A model generated the notes under the pieces. It had not been told where the DNA came from. It did no database searches and saw nothing but the letters and a program-made list of their open reading frames with translations. The translations under genes and the position numbers were made by a program. This document shows, piece after piece, positions 9,764-18,280 of a DNA stretch of 35,026 nucleotides (position 1 is the stretch's first letter; every line of letters begins with the position of its first letter). The DNA is from Fibrobacteria bacterium (lineage in GTDB: Bacteria > Fibrobacterota > Fibrobacteria > UBA11236): contig JBGTHM010000122.1 in assembly GCA_041746255.1 (NCBI GenBank), forward strand, positions 1 to 35,026, read 5' to 3'.

Positions 9764-10240
9764 ATGTCAAGCTATAGTGTAAAAGTTGAACATATCAATC
9801 CATTTATCAAGGCCACAATCGAGACATTCAAAGCCATGATGTCAGTGGAAATCAAGCCGGGAAAAGTCAAATTAAAACAAGGAAGCTCGCTATCCCATGA
9901 TGTTTCCGGTATCATTGGTTTAAGCGGTGGGGCCATAGGATCGGTAACCTTGAGTTTTCCCCGTATAACCGCATTGAAGACGGTAAGCGCATTTGTCGGT
10001 GAAAAAGTGGTATCGATGGACGAGAATGTCGTCGATGCCATCGGTGAGTTGGCGAATATCATCGCAGGAGCGGCCAAAAAGGATTTAGCTCAATACAATA
10101 TCAATATTTCGCTTCCCTCCGTGGTAATGGGAGAAAATCATCAGGTGAAAGAACCCAAGGATGTTATCGCCATGATAGTGCCATTTGAAACACCCTACGG
10201 TACTTTCGATTTGGCCGTTTGCTTTAAAAGCGAAGTTTAG
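9764..10240 (+). CDS. cheX: Chemotaxis phosphatase CheX
   Basis: INPFI, DVSGIIGLSG, DAIGELANIIAG (ExxN phosphatase motif), ISLPSVV; GGAG RBS before ATG 9764. Confidence 0.92.
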   Translation: MSSYSVKVEHINPFIKATIETFKAMMSVEIKPGKVKLKQGSSLSHDVSGIIGLSGGAIGSVTLSFPRITALKTVSAFVGEKVVSMDENVVDAIGELANIIAGAAKKDLAQYNINISLPSVVMGENHQVKEPKDVIAMIVPFETPYGTFDLAVCFKSEV

Positions 10241-10276
10241 ACTCTATTCCAAAATTAACCTATACAGGGAAACCAC

Positions 10277-10642
10277 ATGAAAATCCTCCTGGTCGACGAT
10301 TCGAGTACCATGCGGCGCATTCAAAAGAACACTCTCACCAAGCTCGGGTATGAAGATGTGGATGAAGCCGAAGACGGCGCCCAGGCAATTCAAAAAGTGG
10401 CCATGACGGCCTATGATTTGGTACTCATGGATTGGAATATGCCCAACATGACGGGTATAGAAGCCTTGAAAAAGATCAAGGAAAATCCGGACACCAAATC
10501 GGTTCCTGTCATTATGGTGACCTCGGAATCCGAAAAGACTCGTATCATCGAGGCTATTCAAGCGGGTGCCGCGAATTACGTGGTCAAACCCTTTCAACCC
10601 GAAACATTGCAAGAGAAAATTTCAGCCGTGGTCAAGAAATAG
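10277..10642 (+). CDS. cheY: Single-domain response regulator CheY
   Basis: LVDDSSTMRRI, LMDWNMPNMTG, IMVT, YVVKPF; 121 aa stand-alone receiver next to cheX. Confidence 0.9.
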   Translation: MKILLVDDSSTMRRIQKNTLTKLGYEDVDEAEDGAQAIQKVAMTAYDLVLMDWNMPNMTGIEALKKIKENPDTKSVPVIMVTSESEKTRIIEAIQAGAANYVVKPFQPETLQEKISAVVKK

Positions 10643-10658
10643 CCTATTCGAAAATCGT

Positions 10659-11504
10659 TTAGTATTCGCCGTGCAATTCTTGATTCAGGTATACCAGGCC
10701 CGGAAATAGCCCCACCGGAACACCCTTCAAGCCTGCCAGATTGGCGGCCAACTCCCCCATCTTCGACAATTCCACCTCGATTTCATCCGGTAATTCCAAA
10801 ATAAAATTCCTGTTACTCGGGGAAATGACACCTTTACCCTTACAAAGGCGCGGATGGGAAAGGCTGTAAAACATGCGGCAGGAAATCGGTCGATGCGCGT
10901 AGACTCCACAGGTGCCTTGCGTGGAAAGCAGGGGGCAACGGACGTTCTTCAGATAATAGGTATACAAGGCTTCGTCCTCATCGGGTTTCGGACGGTTTTG
11001 GCTCATCATTTCATGCGAGAAAAGGGCCTGTCTCTCATGGAGCATGAAAATCAATTCCGGATAGTCCGGGCGTTTGCGGATATGCGCATGCATGAAAAGA
11101 AGCTCGAAGGGTTCCACACTGGTGACAAAATGGCTGCAGCAATGGGAACAACCTTTTTCACATTGGATGCTTTTCTCACCCGAACTTAATATTTGCGCCA
11201 CATAAGCGTCGTAGGCCGCATAAAGTGGCGGGGCCCAGAATTCCAGTAAATCCAACAATAAGGGAATGCGTACAGTTCGTGGCCGTCGGGTGTTCCGCAA
11301 TAGTTCAAGGGCTTGTTTAAATTCTCCTACAACTTTGCGCAGGGCTTTCTCTCTTTTCCGGGCCTCGGGAACCTTGAAATTGAACCTGGGGCCTTCCCAT
11401 TCTTCCATCTGCGCCTTATTTGATAAGGATTCCGCACTGCTATCATTCGAGGTTTCCGAAGCGATTCGGTTCGAAAATATTTGTTGATCTTTTTGTAATC
11501 CCAC
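10659..11504 (-). CDS. YkgJ-family cysteine-cluster (CxxxCxxCC) zinc/iron-chelating protein
   Basis: CEKGCSHCC and CPLL....C.VY..RPISCR motifs. Start may instead be ATG 11408. Confidence 0.85.
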   Translation of the reverse strand: MGLQKDQQIFSNRIASETSNDSSAESLSNKAQMEEWEGPRFNFKVPEARKREKALRKVVGEFKQALELLRNTRRPRTVRIPLLLDLLEFWAPPLYAAYDAYVAQILSSGEKSIQCEKGCSHCCSHFVTSVEPFELLFMHAHIRKRPDYPELIFMLHERQALFSHEMMSQNRPKPDEDEALYTYYLKNVRCPLLSTQGTCGVYAHRPISCRMFYSLSHPRLCKGKGVISPSNRNFILELPDEIEVELSKMGELAANLAGLKGVPVGLFPGLVYLNQELHGEY

Positions 11505-11539
11505 CTCTAAAATCTATCAAAACTTGGTGGGAGTGCAAA

Positions 11540-12874
11540 ATGCGGAAATTCCTTAAAGCAACGGTGCTGGAAGCCTATTCGGTAAAGTGGATGCTTCTCG
11601 CGGGCGTGGTCCTGGGGGCCTGCAATTTCTTCAATCCCACCGGCAGCGGCGATCCAGGAGACGATACGAATGCCCAAATGGCATTGGGTCAAAGCCTTTT
11701 CCGCGACAAGGATTTTCGCGGTTCGATGAAGGCTTATGAAAAAGCCATTGCGCAGGACAGCTCCAATTCCCTCGCTTATTACGGATTCGCCAAAGCCACC
11801 ATGAAGCATTATGGGCTTTCGGCAAGCAGCATTCTTGACGAGGTGAATTCCTTCAATCAGGGAGGAAACGATGGATTCAAATTGCCTTTCGTTGACTCAG
11901 ACGACAAGGTGCTCACCAATTACCTTCAAGCAACTTCTCGAGTGCGCAAGGTATTGAGAATATTGACGGATAGGGACAGTCTTACCCGTTGGTATGATTA
12001 CAGCCGCAATCCCGATTCGAAAGCCGCGTCTAAGGACGCTTTATCAGCCACACGTATCGCGTTTATCGAAGATTATTTCTCCAAAGCGGAAAAAGGCACG
12101 CCGGGATTCCGTGCTAGAAGCAAGTTTCCCCTTTCCGACCGCGTTCTGGGTGCGGACAAAATCGTAGCCGACTTCGGCCTTACGGAGATGCTTTATGCCC
12201 TTGTACACCTCCGTGATTTGGACGGAAACGATAGTATCGACAGCCGCGACAATTTAATCAAGAAACTGAATTTCAGTTCCGAGGGCGGTTTCAAAATCGA
12301 TAACCTTAAGGATATAACCGATGATCTTAAAGACCCGGAAACCCGGGACAATCTCAACACTTTGATTCGAAACACTTCGGATGGAATGGCTTCCGCCGGC
12401 ACCATCATCAAATTGATGGGTTCGATGGGGGGATCCAACGATTCCCTGTCCAATTCCGCCTTGACCGGGCAGGTGACCGAGAATATCGACAGTGTCATAA
12501 CCAGTCTGGGCAGCGCAGTCGGCTTCTATCAATTCGGAGATGGAATCGATAACGACGGCGATGGATGCATCGACGAAGAAATCCTGGATGGAATCGATAA
12601 TGATGGAGACGGTTTCGTGGACGAAGATGCCCGTCTCGAACTGGTTGACGGAATCGACAACAATCGCGATGGCTCAATGGGACCCGAAGACTTGATTGAT
12701 TTGACCAATCCCCCGGCTCGTCCCCTGGTTTTCACCCAACATCCGGATTGGAAAACCGGTCCCAAATATCAGGATAAGGACTTTCGGGTAAAGGTTCAGG
12801 CCGATTCGGCCCGAACACAGTCGATAATCGATTCCGCCAAAGAGCAAATCGGCGGATGCTGGCACAATTATTAA
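11540..12874 (+). CDS. Lipoprotein with TPR-like N-terminus and Dx[DN]xDG metal/calcium-binding-like repeats
   Basis: GGGAG RBS, ATG 11540; lipobox VLGA-C; TPR-like GQSLFRDKDF...YEKAIAQDSSNSLAYYGFAKA; three DGIDN repeats near the C-terminus. Confidence 0.8.
   Translation: MRKFLKATVLEAYSVKWMLLAGVVLGACNFFNPTGSGDPGDDTNAQMALGQSLFRDKDFRGSMKAYEKAIAQDSSNSLAYYGFAKATMKHYGLSASSILDEVNSFNQGGNDGFKLPFVDSDDKVLTNYLQATSRVRKVLRILTDRDSLTRWYDYSRNPDSKAASKDALSATRIAFIEDYFSKAEKGTPGFRARSKFPLSDRVLGADKIVADFGLTEMLYALVHLRDLDGNDSIDSRDNLIKKLNFSSEGGFKIDNLKDITDDLKDPETRDNLNTLIRNTSDGMASAGTIIKLMGSMGGSNDSLSNSALTGQVTENIDSVITSLGSAVGFYQFGDGIDNDGDGCIDEEILDGIDNDGDGFVDEDARLELVDGIDNNRDGSMGPEDLIDLTNPPARPLVFTQHPDWKTGPKYQDKDFRVKVQADSARTQSIIDSAKEQIGGCWHNY
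12539..12673 (+). repeat. Three imperfect in-frame repeats encoding DGIDN(D/N)(G/R)DG
   Basis: GAYGGAATCGAYAAY at 12539, 12587 and 12647, encoding DGIDNDGDGCIDE, DGIDNDGDGFVDE and DGIDNNRDG. Confidence 0.85.
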
Positions 12875-12901
12875 TCGGATATCATGGAAGAGGGTGAGCG
12901 C

Positions 12902-14128
12902 ATGGACACTGTAAAAATGGCTTTCACGGGAAAATTAATGGCCAGTCTTTTTATCACGGGAATCCTGCTTCCGTTGGATACCGATGGCCGATCGGGTCCG
13001 GTTCACCGCACGCTTCGTCCCCTGGCCATGGGAAACGCCTTCGTAGCCGTGGTGGATGGTAAGGACGCCATGCATTATAATCCCGCCGGTTTGAATCTTA
13101 TGGGGCGGCTCGGAAACAAAGACAAACGTCCCGATTTAGCCAACTATCCGCTCGATTATTTTGATATGCATATGGACTTTTTAGGAACGGCCTTACCGGT
13201 AAGCGATGGTTTGGACATACTGAATTTCTGGAACGACCATCAGGATGCCTTTCAAAGCTATGAGGCTTTCACTTCGGATAGCAGCTTGGCGTACGATTTG
13301 GCCCGCTTCGACCGTCGCCCCGTTAAACTGGGAGTACTTCACGGAGGAGAACTCGCCTTACACAATTTCGGCATGGCTTATTGGGCCGATGCCGAAATGG
13401 CTCCTTACGCAGATGTGGGCATTATGCTTCCCCAGGCCGGGATGGACTATATTGAGCTGGATATCGTCGGACAAATCGCCGGGGCCACGAGTTATTTCGA
13501 AGACCGCCTATCCGTTGGCGTGGGGTACCGTATGGCCAAGCGGGAATATATCGGTAATACCCAAATCGCCTTGACCGACCTGGAGGAAAATCGGCGCGAG
13601 GAAATGGTCAGCGATTTGCGTGATACCCTCGACGCGAAAAAACGATCATTCGCCGATCTCGCCTCCATAGGACATGGGTTGGATGCGGGTGTGCTCTGGC
13701 AGTACAATCCCGATGTCCGATTCGGGGCGGCGATTCAGAATTTGGGGATGGTGCTGAACCATGATTGGGTGATTCCGCGCTTTTCCGTGGGAGCCGCTTA
13801 CTCCCCCATGCGCTTACAAAGCAATGGCCGATGGAAGCGTAAGGTGAATTTCGCCGCCGATTTGGAGGATTTGTTCAATAACGAGCGGAATTACAAGCCC
13901 CTGAATAAAATCAATATGGGGGCCGAATGGGAGCAAACCCTGATTCCCTGGGTGCTCAAGGGCAGGCTCTCACTCGGCCTCAAAGGCGGATACCCTACCG
14001 CCGGATTGGGCGGATCCTTGCTCACGGTTTTCCACTATGAATTCGCGACCTGGGCCGAAGAAGCCGGGTATTACACGGGCCACGTTCAGGACCGCTATTA
14101 TGTGATGAAGTTCGGAATCGGACTGTGA
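12902..14128 (+). CDS. Outer-membrane beta-barrel, TraF-like / PorV / FadL-type superfamily
   Basis: Signal peptide; RPLAMGNAFVAV.D...AMHYNPAGL hatch motif; amphipathic beta-strands; C-terminus YYVMKFGIGL. Alternative start 12884. Confidence 0.78.
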   Translation: MDTVKMAFTGKLMASLFITGILLPLDTDGRSGPVHRTLRPLAMGNAFVAVVDGKDAMHYNPAGLNLMGRLGNKDKRPDLANYPLDYFDMHMDFLGTALPVSDGLDILNFWNDHQDAFQSYEAFTSDSSLAYDLARFDRRPVKLGVLHGGELALHNFGMAYWADAEMAPYADVGIMLPQAGMDYIELDIVGQIAGATSYFEDRLSVGVGYRMAKREYIGNTQIALTDLEENRREEMVSDLRDTLDAKKRSFADLASIGHGLDAGVLWQYNPDVRFGAAIQNLGMVLNHDWVIPRFSVGAAYSPMRLQSNGRWKRKVNFAADLEDLFNNERNYKPLNKINMGAEWEQTLIPWVLKGRLSLGLKGGYPTAGLGGSLLTVFHYEFATWAEEAGYYTGHVQDRYYVMKFGIGL

Positions 14129-14170
14129 TGCATATGGGATTCAGGGCTGGAGAGCATCTATATTATTGCC

Positions 14171-14683
14171 ATGGATGAAATTCTCACCCAGGTAACGGAC
14201 CAGGACGAAATCATCGGTCCCGTTTCCCGCATCGACTGCCACCGGAATCCCAGCCTTATCCACCGCTCCGTCCATGTTTTAGTCCTGAATAGCGATGGCC
14301 TGTTGCTCTTGCAAAAAAGGTCCATGAATAAAGATATGCAGCCCGGAAAGTGGGATACCTCGGTGGGGGGCCATGTGGGTTTTGGCCAATCCTACCTCGA
14401 TGCCGCGCATCGCGAAGGCCGTGAGGAATTGGGTGTCCCATTGGAGCATTTGAAATATCTCTATTTCACGAAGGTGCGCATCCGAGAGGAAAGCGAAAAT
14501 CTGCGTACCTATCTCTGCTTATGCGACGGACCTTTTTTTCCTTGTTCCGACGAAATCGAGGAGGTCCGGTTCTGGTCGCGAAAGGAGATTGAAAGCGAAA
14601 TGGGGAACGGATACTTTACGCCCCACTTTGAGCTGGAATTCGCCGCCTTTGTAAAATCTCCTTTTGCTGTAATGTTGGCCTAA
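14171..14683 (+). CDS. NUDIX hydrolase (YfcD / type-1 IDI-like)
   Basis: HRSVHVLV, LLLQKRS..KD..PGKWD, Nudix box GGHV..GQSY.DAA.RE..EELG. Confidence 0.9.
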   Translation: MDEILTQVTDQDEIIGPVSRIDCHRNPSLIHRSVHVLVLNSDGLLLLQKRSMNKDMQPGKWDTSVGGHVGFGQSYLDAAHREGREELGVPLEHLKYLYFTKVRIREESENLRTYLCLCDGPFFPCSDEIEEVRFWSRKEIESEMGNGYFTPHFELEFAAFVKSPFAVMLA

Positions 14684-14695
14684 GTCAATTCGTGC

Positions 14696-15151
14696 TTATA
14701 AATCAGAGGGTGCGAAATCAGGTATGGGGTACTCATCGCCTTGACCCGCTTCAGCGTCAATTTGGGATTCGGAATTCGGGTCAATAATCTGGCGCCGGGA
14801 AGGATCGGGAGCCAGGGCATCAGGAAGTTGATCATAGATCCCGATAATCTTATTCCCCTTTCCCAGTTTCACGCTGCTTCTGTTGGCCAAAGTGCTGAGT
14901 CTAAGAGCCAATAGCCGTCGTTTATAATCCTCACTTAATACCCCATCCGACCCACGCATACGAGCAGCTTCCTCGGGATCGAGATAACCGAGCGCTTTGT
15001 CGAAGTTTCCTTCGTGAACCGCTTCCACGAAAAAAGTAATATTGGTAAGCAGGTCATCTGAGCTTGAACTTTGGGGCTGTGGCGAAGAGCTGGAACAAGC
15101 CATAAAAAGCAGAGTAAAACCAGCGGTCATGAAAAGGAAAATTTTGGACAC
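14696..15151 (-). CDS. Hypothetical lipoprotein
   Basis: GGAGGT RBS before GTG 15151; hydrophobic signal ending LFMA-C followed by a Ser-rich linker; small helical domain; acidic tail. Confidence 0.7.
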   Translation of the reverse strand: MSKIFLFMTAGFTLLFMACSSSSPQPQSSSSDDLLTNITFFVEAVHEGNFDKALGYLDPEEAARMRGSDGVLSEDYKRRLLALRLSTLANRSSVKLGKGNKIIGIYDQLPDALAPDPSRRQIIDPNSESQIDAEAGQGDEYPIPDFAPSDL

Positions 15152-15243
15152 ACCCACCTCCATTTTGCGAACTTCAATTCGGCAAAAACCCATATGCTGG
15201 TAATTATAGCTAAACCTGGAGTACAAATACCCGGAGATCCTTC

Positions 15244-15978
15244 ATGAGCGACCCGGAATATCTTTCCACCGAAGAAATCTGGGTCGATGAAACCATTTCC
15301 ACCATGGATTTGGCGCGTAGCCTTGTGGGTGATAACAAAACCCTGTTGGTTGTCGCGGGTCGCCAATCCGGTGGTCGTGGTACCCGAGGCCGGGAATGGG
15401 TCAGTACCCCGGGAAATATCCACATGACGGCCGTATTTCGGGAGGACTTGACGGCGGGAATACCCAGGGGATTGCTGCCCATGGAAGTCGGGGTGGCGTT
15501 GCATCGTGCCTTGAAGGAAGTCGTCTCTCATGAGTACCACCCGGCCATGTCCCTGAAATGGCCTAACGACCTGCTTCTTGATCAACAAAAAGTCGCCGGA
15601 GTTTTATTGGAATGGTATGGTAGGTACCTGCTTTGTGGCATTGGTGTGAATTTGACGAGCGCCCCCGAGGTGATGGACGGCGGACGGGCCAGCGCCTGCC
15701 TGATGGACTATGGAGCCACGATCGGACAGGAAAAGTCCGTGGCACGCAGGATTTTCCGGGAACTTAAGACCCTATGGCAGGGGCCATCCGAGAACCGCAC
15801 CTGCGAGACTTTACTGGGCGCCTACCGAAGTTTGCTTGATTGGAATATCGGTTTCACCGTGCGCCAGCGGCCTGAACTTGGCCGGGTCAGCCCGGTGGAA
15901 ATCAATTCGGAAGGCCATTTAAGGGTAAAGACCGTAGCCGGAGAATCGGTCTGGTTGGTGTCTGATTATCCGGCTTGA
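15244..15978 (+). CDS. birA: Biotin--[acetyl-CoA-carboxylase] ligase (no N-terminal HTH)
   Basis: STMD, Q..GRGTRGREW.S, LKWPNDL, KVAGVLLE, GIGVNL motifs. Confidence 0.93.
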   Translation: MSDPEYLSTEEIWVDETISTMDLARSLVGDNKTLLVVAGRQSGGRGTRGREWVSTPGNIHMTAVFREDLTAGIPRGLLPMEVGVALHRALKEVVSHEYHPAMSLKWPNDLLLDQQKVAGVLLEWYGRYLLCGIGVNLTSAPEVMDGGRASACLMDYGATIGQEKSVARRIFRELKTLWQGPSENRTCETLLGAYRSLLDWNIGFTVRQRPELGRVSPVEINSEGHLRVKTVAGESVWLVSDYPA

Positions 15979-16394
15979 GCGGGAGTCCGTAATTCCACCG
16001 AATGGGTGATGGCCACCGTGGGGATAAGCATACAGGCGACCGAACAGTATTTCTCTACGCTGAGGGAAACGGCTTTTTCCGCCTTGTCCCTGTCGAGGTT
16101 GCGCCCGGTTACGATAAAGGTAAGGTGGATGCTGCGAAAAGGAGAAGGAACGCCTTCGGTTCTTTCACCGTCTATCACGACCTTGACTTCATCGAAATCC
16201 TGACGGGTTTTTTTCAAAATGGAGACGACGTCTATGCCGCTGCAACCGCCTAAAGCGGCCAATACGGTTTGCATGGGCCTGAAGCCGCTTTCGTCCCCAC
16301 CAATACTTTTGGAGGCGCCGATATCGAAGGCATAACCGGTATCGTTTTCGGCTCGAAACCGAAAATCGGGAGTCCCTGAAAGGGTGATGCGCAT
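15966..16394 (-). CDS. OsmC/YhfA family protein
   Basis: GFRPMQ.VL.ALGGCSGIDV..IL.K and LSVEKYCSV conserved Cys motifs. Confidence 0.9.
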   Translation of the reverse strand: MRITLSGTPDFRFRAENDTGYAFDIGASKSIGGDESGFRPMQTVLAALGGCSGIDVVSILKKTRQDFDEVKVVIDGERTEGVPSPFRSIHLTFIVTGRNLDRDKAEKAVSLSVEKYCSVACMLIPTVAITHSVELRTPAQAG

Positions 16395-16404
16395 GGAAAC
16401 CTTC

Positions 16405-17841
16405 CTACTCGAAAGCCGACACGAAATCCTGGGTGGTCTTATATTTTTCCAGGGCCTGTATGGCGGCCTGGGTTTGATTCGACTCGCCCATGCCCGCCAA
16501 ATAACGGCGAAACTTGGTAGCCGCCTTGTAATAATCGGGTGGAAGAATCAGTTCTTCGCGGCGTGTACCGGAAAGACCGATATCGATGGCCGGGTAAACC
16601 CGTTTTTCGGATAGACGGCGATTGAGCACGAGCTCCATGTTTCCGGTGCCTTTGAACTCCTGGAAAATGACCTCGTCCATTTGGGAACCGGTTTGAATCA
16701 GCGCCGTGGCGATGATGGTGAGGCTGCCTCCCTCTTCGAGCTTGCGCGCCGCTCCGAAGAATTTTTTAGGCTCTTGCAGGGCCTTGGCGTCAACACCGCC
16801 CGACAGGGTGCGGCCCGAAGACTTGAGTTGATTGTTGAAGGCGCGGGCCATGCGGGTGATGGAATCGAGGAGGATGACCACATCCTTGCCCTCTTCCACT
16901 TTTCTTTGGGCCAATTCAGTAACCATCTGACAGAGCGCGATATGTTCTTCCATGGGCTTGTCGAGACAGGAAGCAAAAACCTTCGCTTTGACCTTACGTG
17001 TAAGGTGGGTGACCTCCTCGGGTCTCTCGTCGATGAGCAGCAGCATGATTTCAGCTTCGGGATTATTGACGGCAATTCCGTTGGCGATTTTCTCCATCAG
17101 CATGGTCTTTCCGCTGCGGGGAGGAGCCACCAGAATACCCCTTTGACCTTTGCCGATGGGAGTAAGTAAATCCATAAGCATCATGGACTTATCGAAGTCG
17201 GAGGGAGAAGCCAGTCGAAAGAATTCGAAGGGATTGACGCTGGTCAAGGATTGGAATGGCGCTTTGGGATTCCAAGCCTCGACCGCAATACCTTGTACGG
17301 TAAGCAGGGAGGTTACCACCCTTTGGACGCGATTCCGTTTGCAGCGCATCAGTCCCGTTATGTAATGGCCTGAACGCAGGCCGATTCTTTGCACCATCTC
17401 CCGTGGGATAAGCGCATCCCGATCCTGGGGAACGAAGCTGGCCTTTTCCCCGCGGATGAAGGCGTAGCCGCCGTCCATCACCTGGATGTAGCCTTCGCAC
17501 TCCTCGGTGGGAGAATGCATATCGAATTCCGGCGAAAGGTCTACGGAATTGTCCTGGCGGTCGTTTCTTTTTTTCTTGGTAAATACTCTATTTTTGATTT
17601 TTGTCACCTTGGCTCTTTTTTTCCTGCGTTTGGTGCTGTCGTTCGCTTCGTGCGAGACGAGGTTGGGGTTAGCTGCGGGAGGGTGGTTGGAATGGTTGTT
17701 ATCATGCAAAATTGGAGGGTGGACGGACAAGACGGGGCGGACATTCGACGGCAACGCTCTCGGCATTCGATCCCTGGGGTATGGGGAACCGTTACCGGAC
17801 TTTGAGTCGGTTGTCATTTCACCACGAAAATTGTCTGACAT
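16405..17841 (-). CDS. rho: Transcription termination factor Rho with N-terminal low-complexity extension
   Basis: [79 protein letters not shown]. Alternative ATG at 17817. Confidence 0.95.
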   Translation of the reverse strand: MSDNFRGEMTTDSKSGNGSPYPRDRMPRALPSNVRPVLSVHPPILHDNNHSNHPPAANPNLVSHEANDSTKRRKKRAKVTKIKNRVFTKKKRNDRQDNSVDLSPEFDMHSPTEECEGYIQVMDGGYAFIRGEKASFVPQDRDALIPREMVQRIGLRSGHYITGLMRCKRNRVQRVVTSLLTVQGIAVEAWNPKAPFQSLTSVNPFEFFRLASPSDFDKSMMLMDLLTPIGKGQRGILVAPPRSGKTMLMEKIANGIAVNNPEAEIMLLLIDERPEEVTHLTRKVKAKVFASCLDKPMEEHIALCQMVTELAQRKVEEGKDVVILLDSITRMARAFNNQLKSSGRTLSGGVDAKALQEPKKFFGAARKLEEGGSLTIIATALIQTGSQMDEVIFQEFKGTGNMELVLNRRLSEKRVYPAIDIGLSGTRREELILPPDYYKAATKFRRYLAGMGESNQTQAAIQALEKYKTTQDFVSAFE

Positions 17842-17893
17842 TACATTCCCTCTTGGTTGTGGTAATGTGCTTCGCGAAGATTCGCGTATTCAT
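17819..17893 (-). CDS. Candidate 24-aa leader peptide (uORF) overlapping the rho start
   Basis: GGGAGGAG RBS (17910-17903) then ATG 17893, encoding [24 protein letters not shown]; stop lies 1 nt before in-frame rho ATG 17817. No evidence of expression. Confidence 0.35.
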   Translation of the reverse strand: MNTRIFAKHITTTKRECNVRQFSW

Positions 17894-18096
17894 ATTGGGA
17901 TTCTCCTCCCTTTCAGTCGAGGGATGAGGTGTAATTGCTTAAAAACAGGGCGGGTTTAACCAAAATTCAAAATATCGAGATGTGAGCTGGGATTTAAATT
18001 CTCGGTTAAAACCTTGAGTTGGATAAAATTGGTCCCTGGATTTGGGTTGTAAGACCAGGAATATAGGCGTATATGGACGCGTAATCAGTTAGTGAG

Positions 18097-18125
18097 AGTA
18101 TAACTCTTTCCTCGAAAGGGCGCAA
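18097..18125 (-). promoter_or_regulatory. Candidate sigma70-type promoter for rho (proximal)
   Basis: TTGCGC-17 nt-TATACT on the minus strand. Confidence 0.6.
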
Positions 18126-18217
18126 TTAAATTTTGGACCGCTATGAAACCGCTCCGGAAAGATTGCTTCACTTTCCGGGATGCTTTGGCTCACTGAAGTT
18201 AATAGTGAGAGATTATT

Positions 18218-18245
18218 AATATAGCTACTCACGGTTTTTTTGCAA
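18218..18245 (-). promoter_or_regulatory. Candidate sigma70-type promoter for rho (distal)
   Basis: TTGCAA-16 nt-TATATT on the minus strand. Confidence 0.45.
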
Positions 18246-18280
18246 CCTACCCGGCCAGAGATCCCCGGTAATTTTAGGAA

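Noticed and set aside
12539..12673. CRISPR-like repeat array
   Set aside because: Repeats are in frame, vary at synonymous positions, lie inside a CDS and have no cas genes nearby.
12902..14128. Conjugative element suggested by TraF-like similarity
   Set aside because: No relaxase, VirB4, coupling protein or other tra genes; flanked by housekeeping genes.
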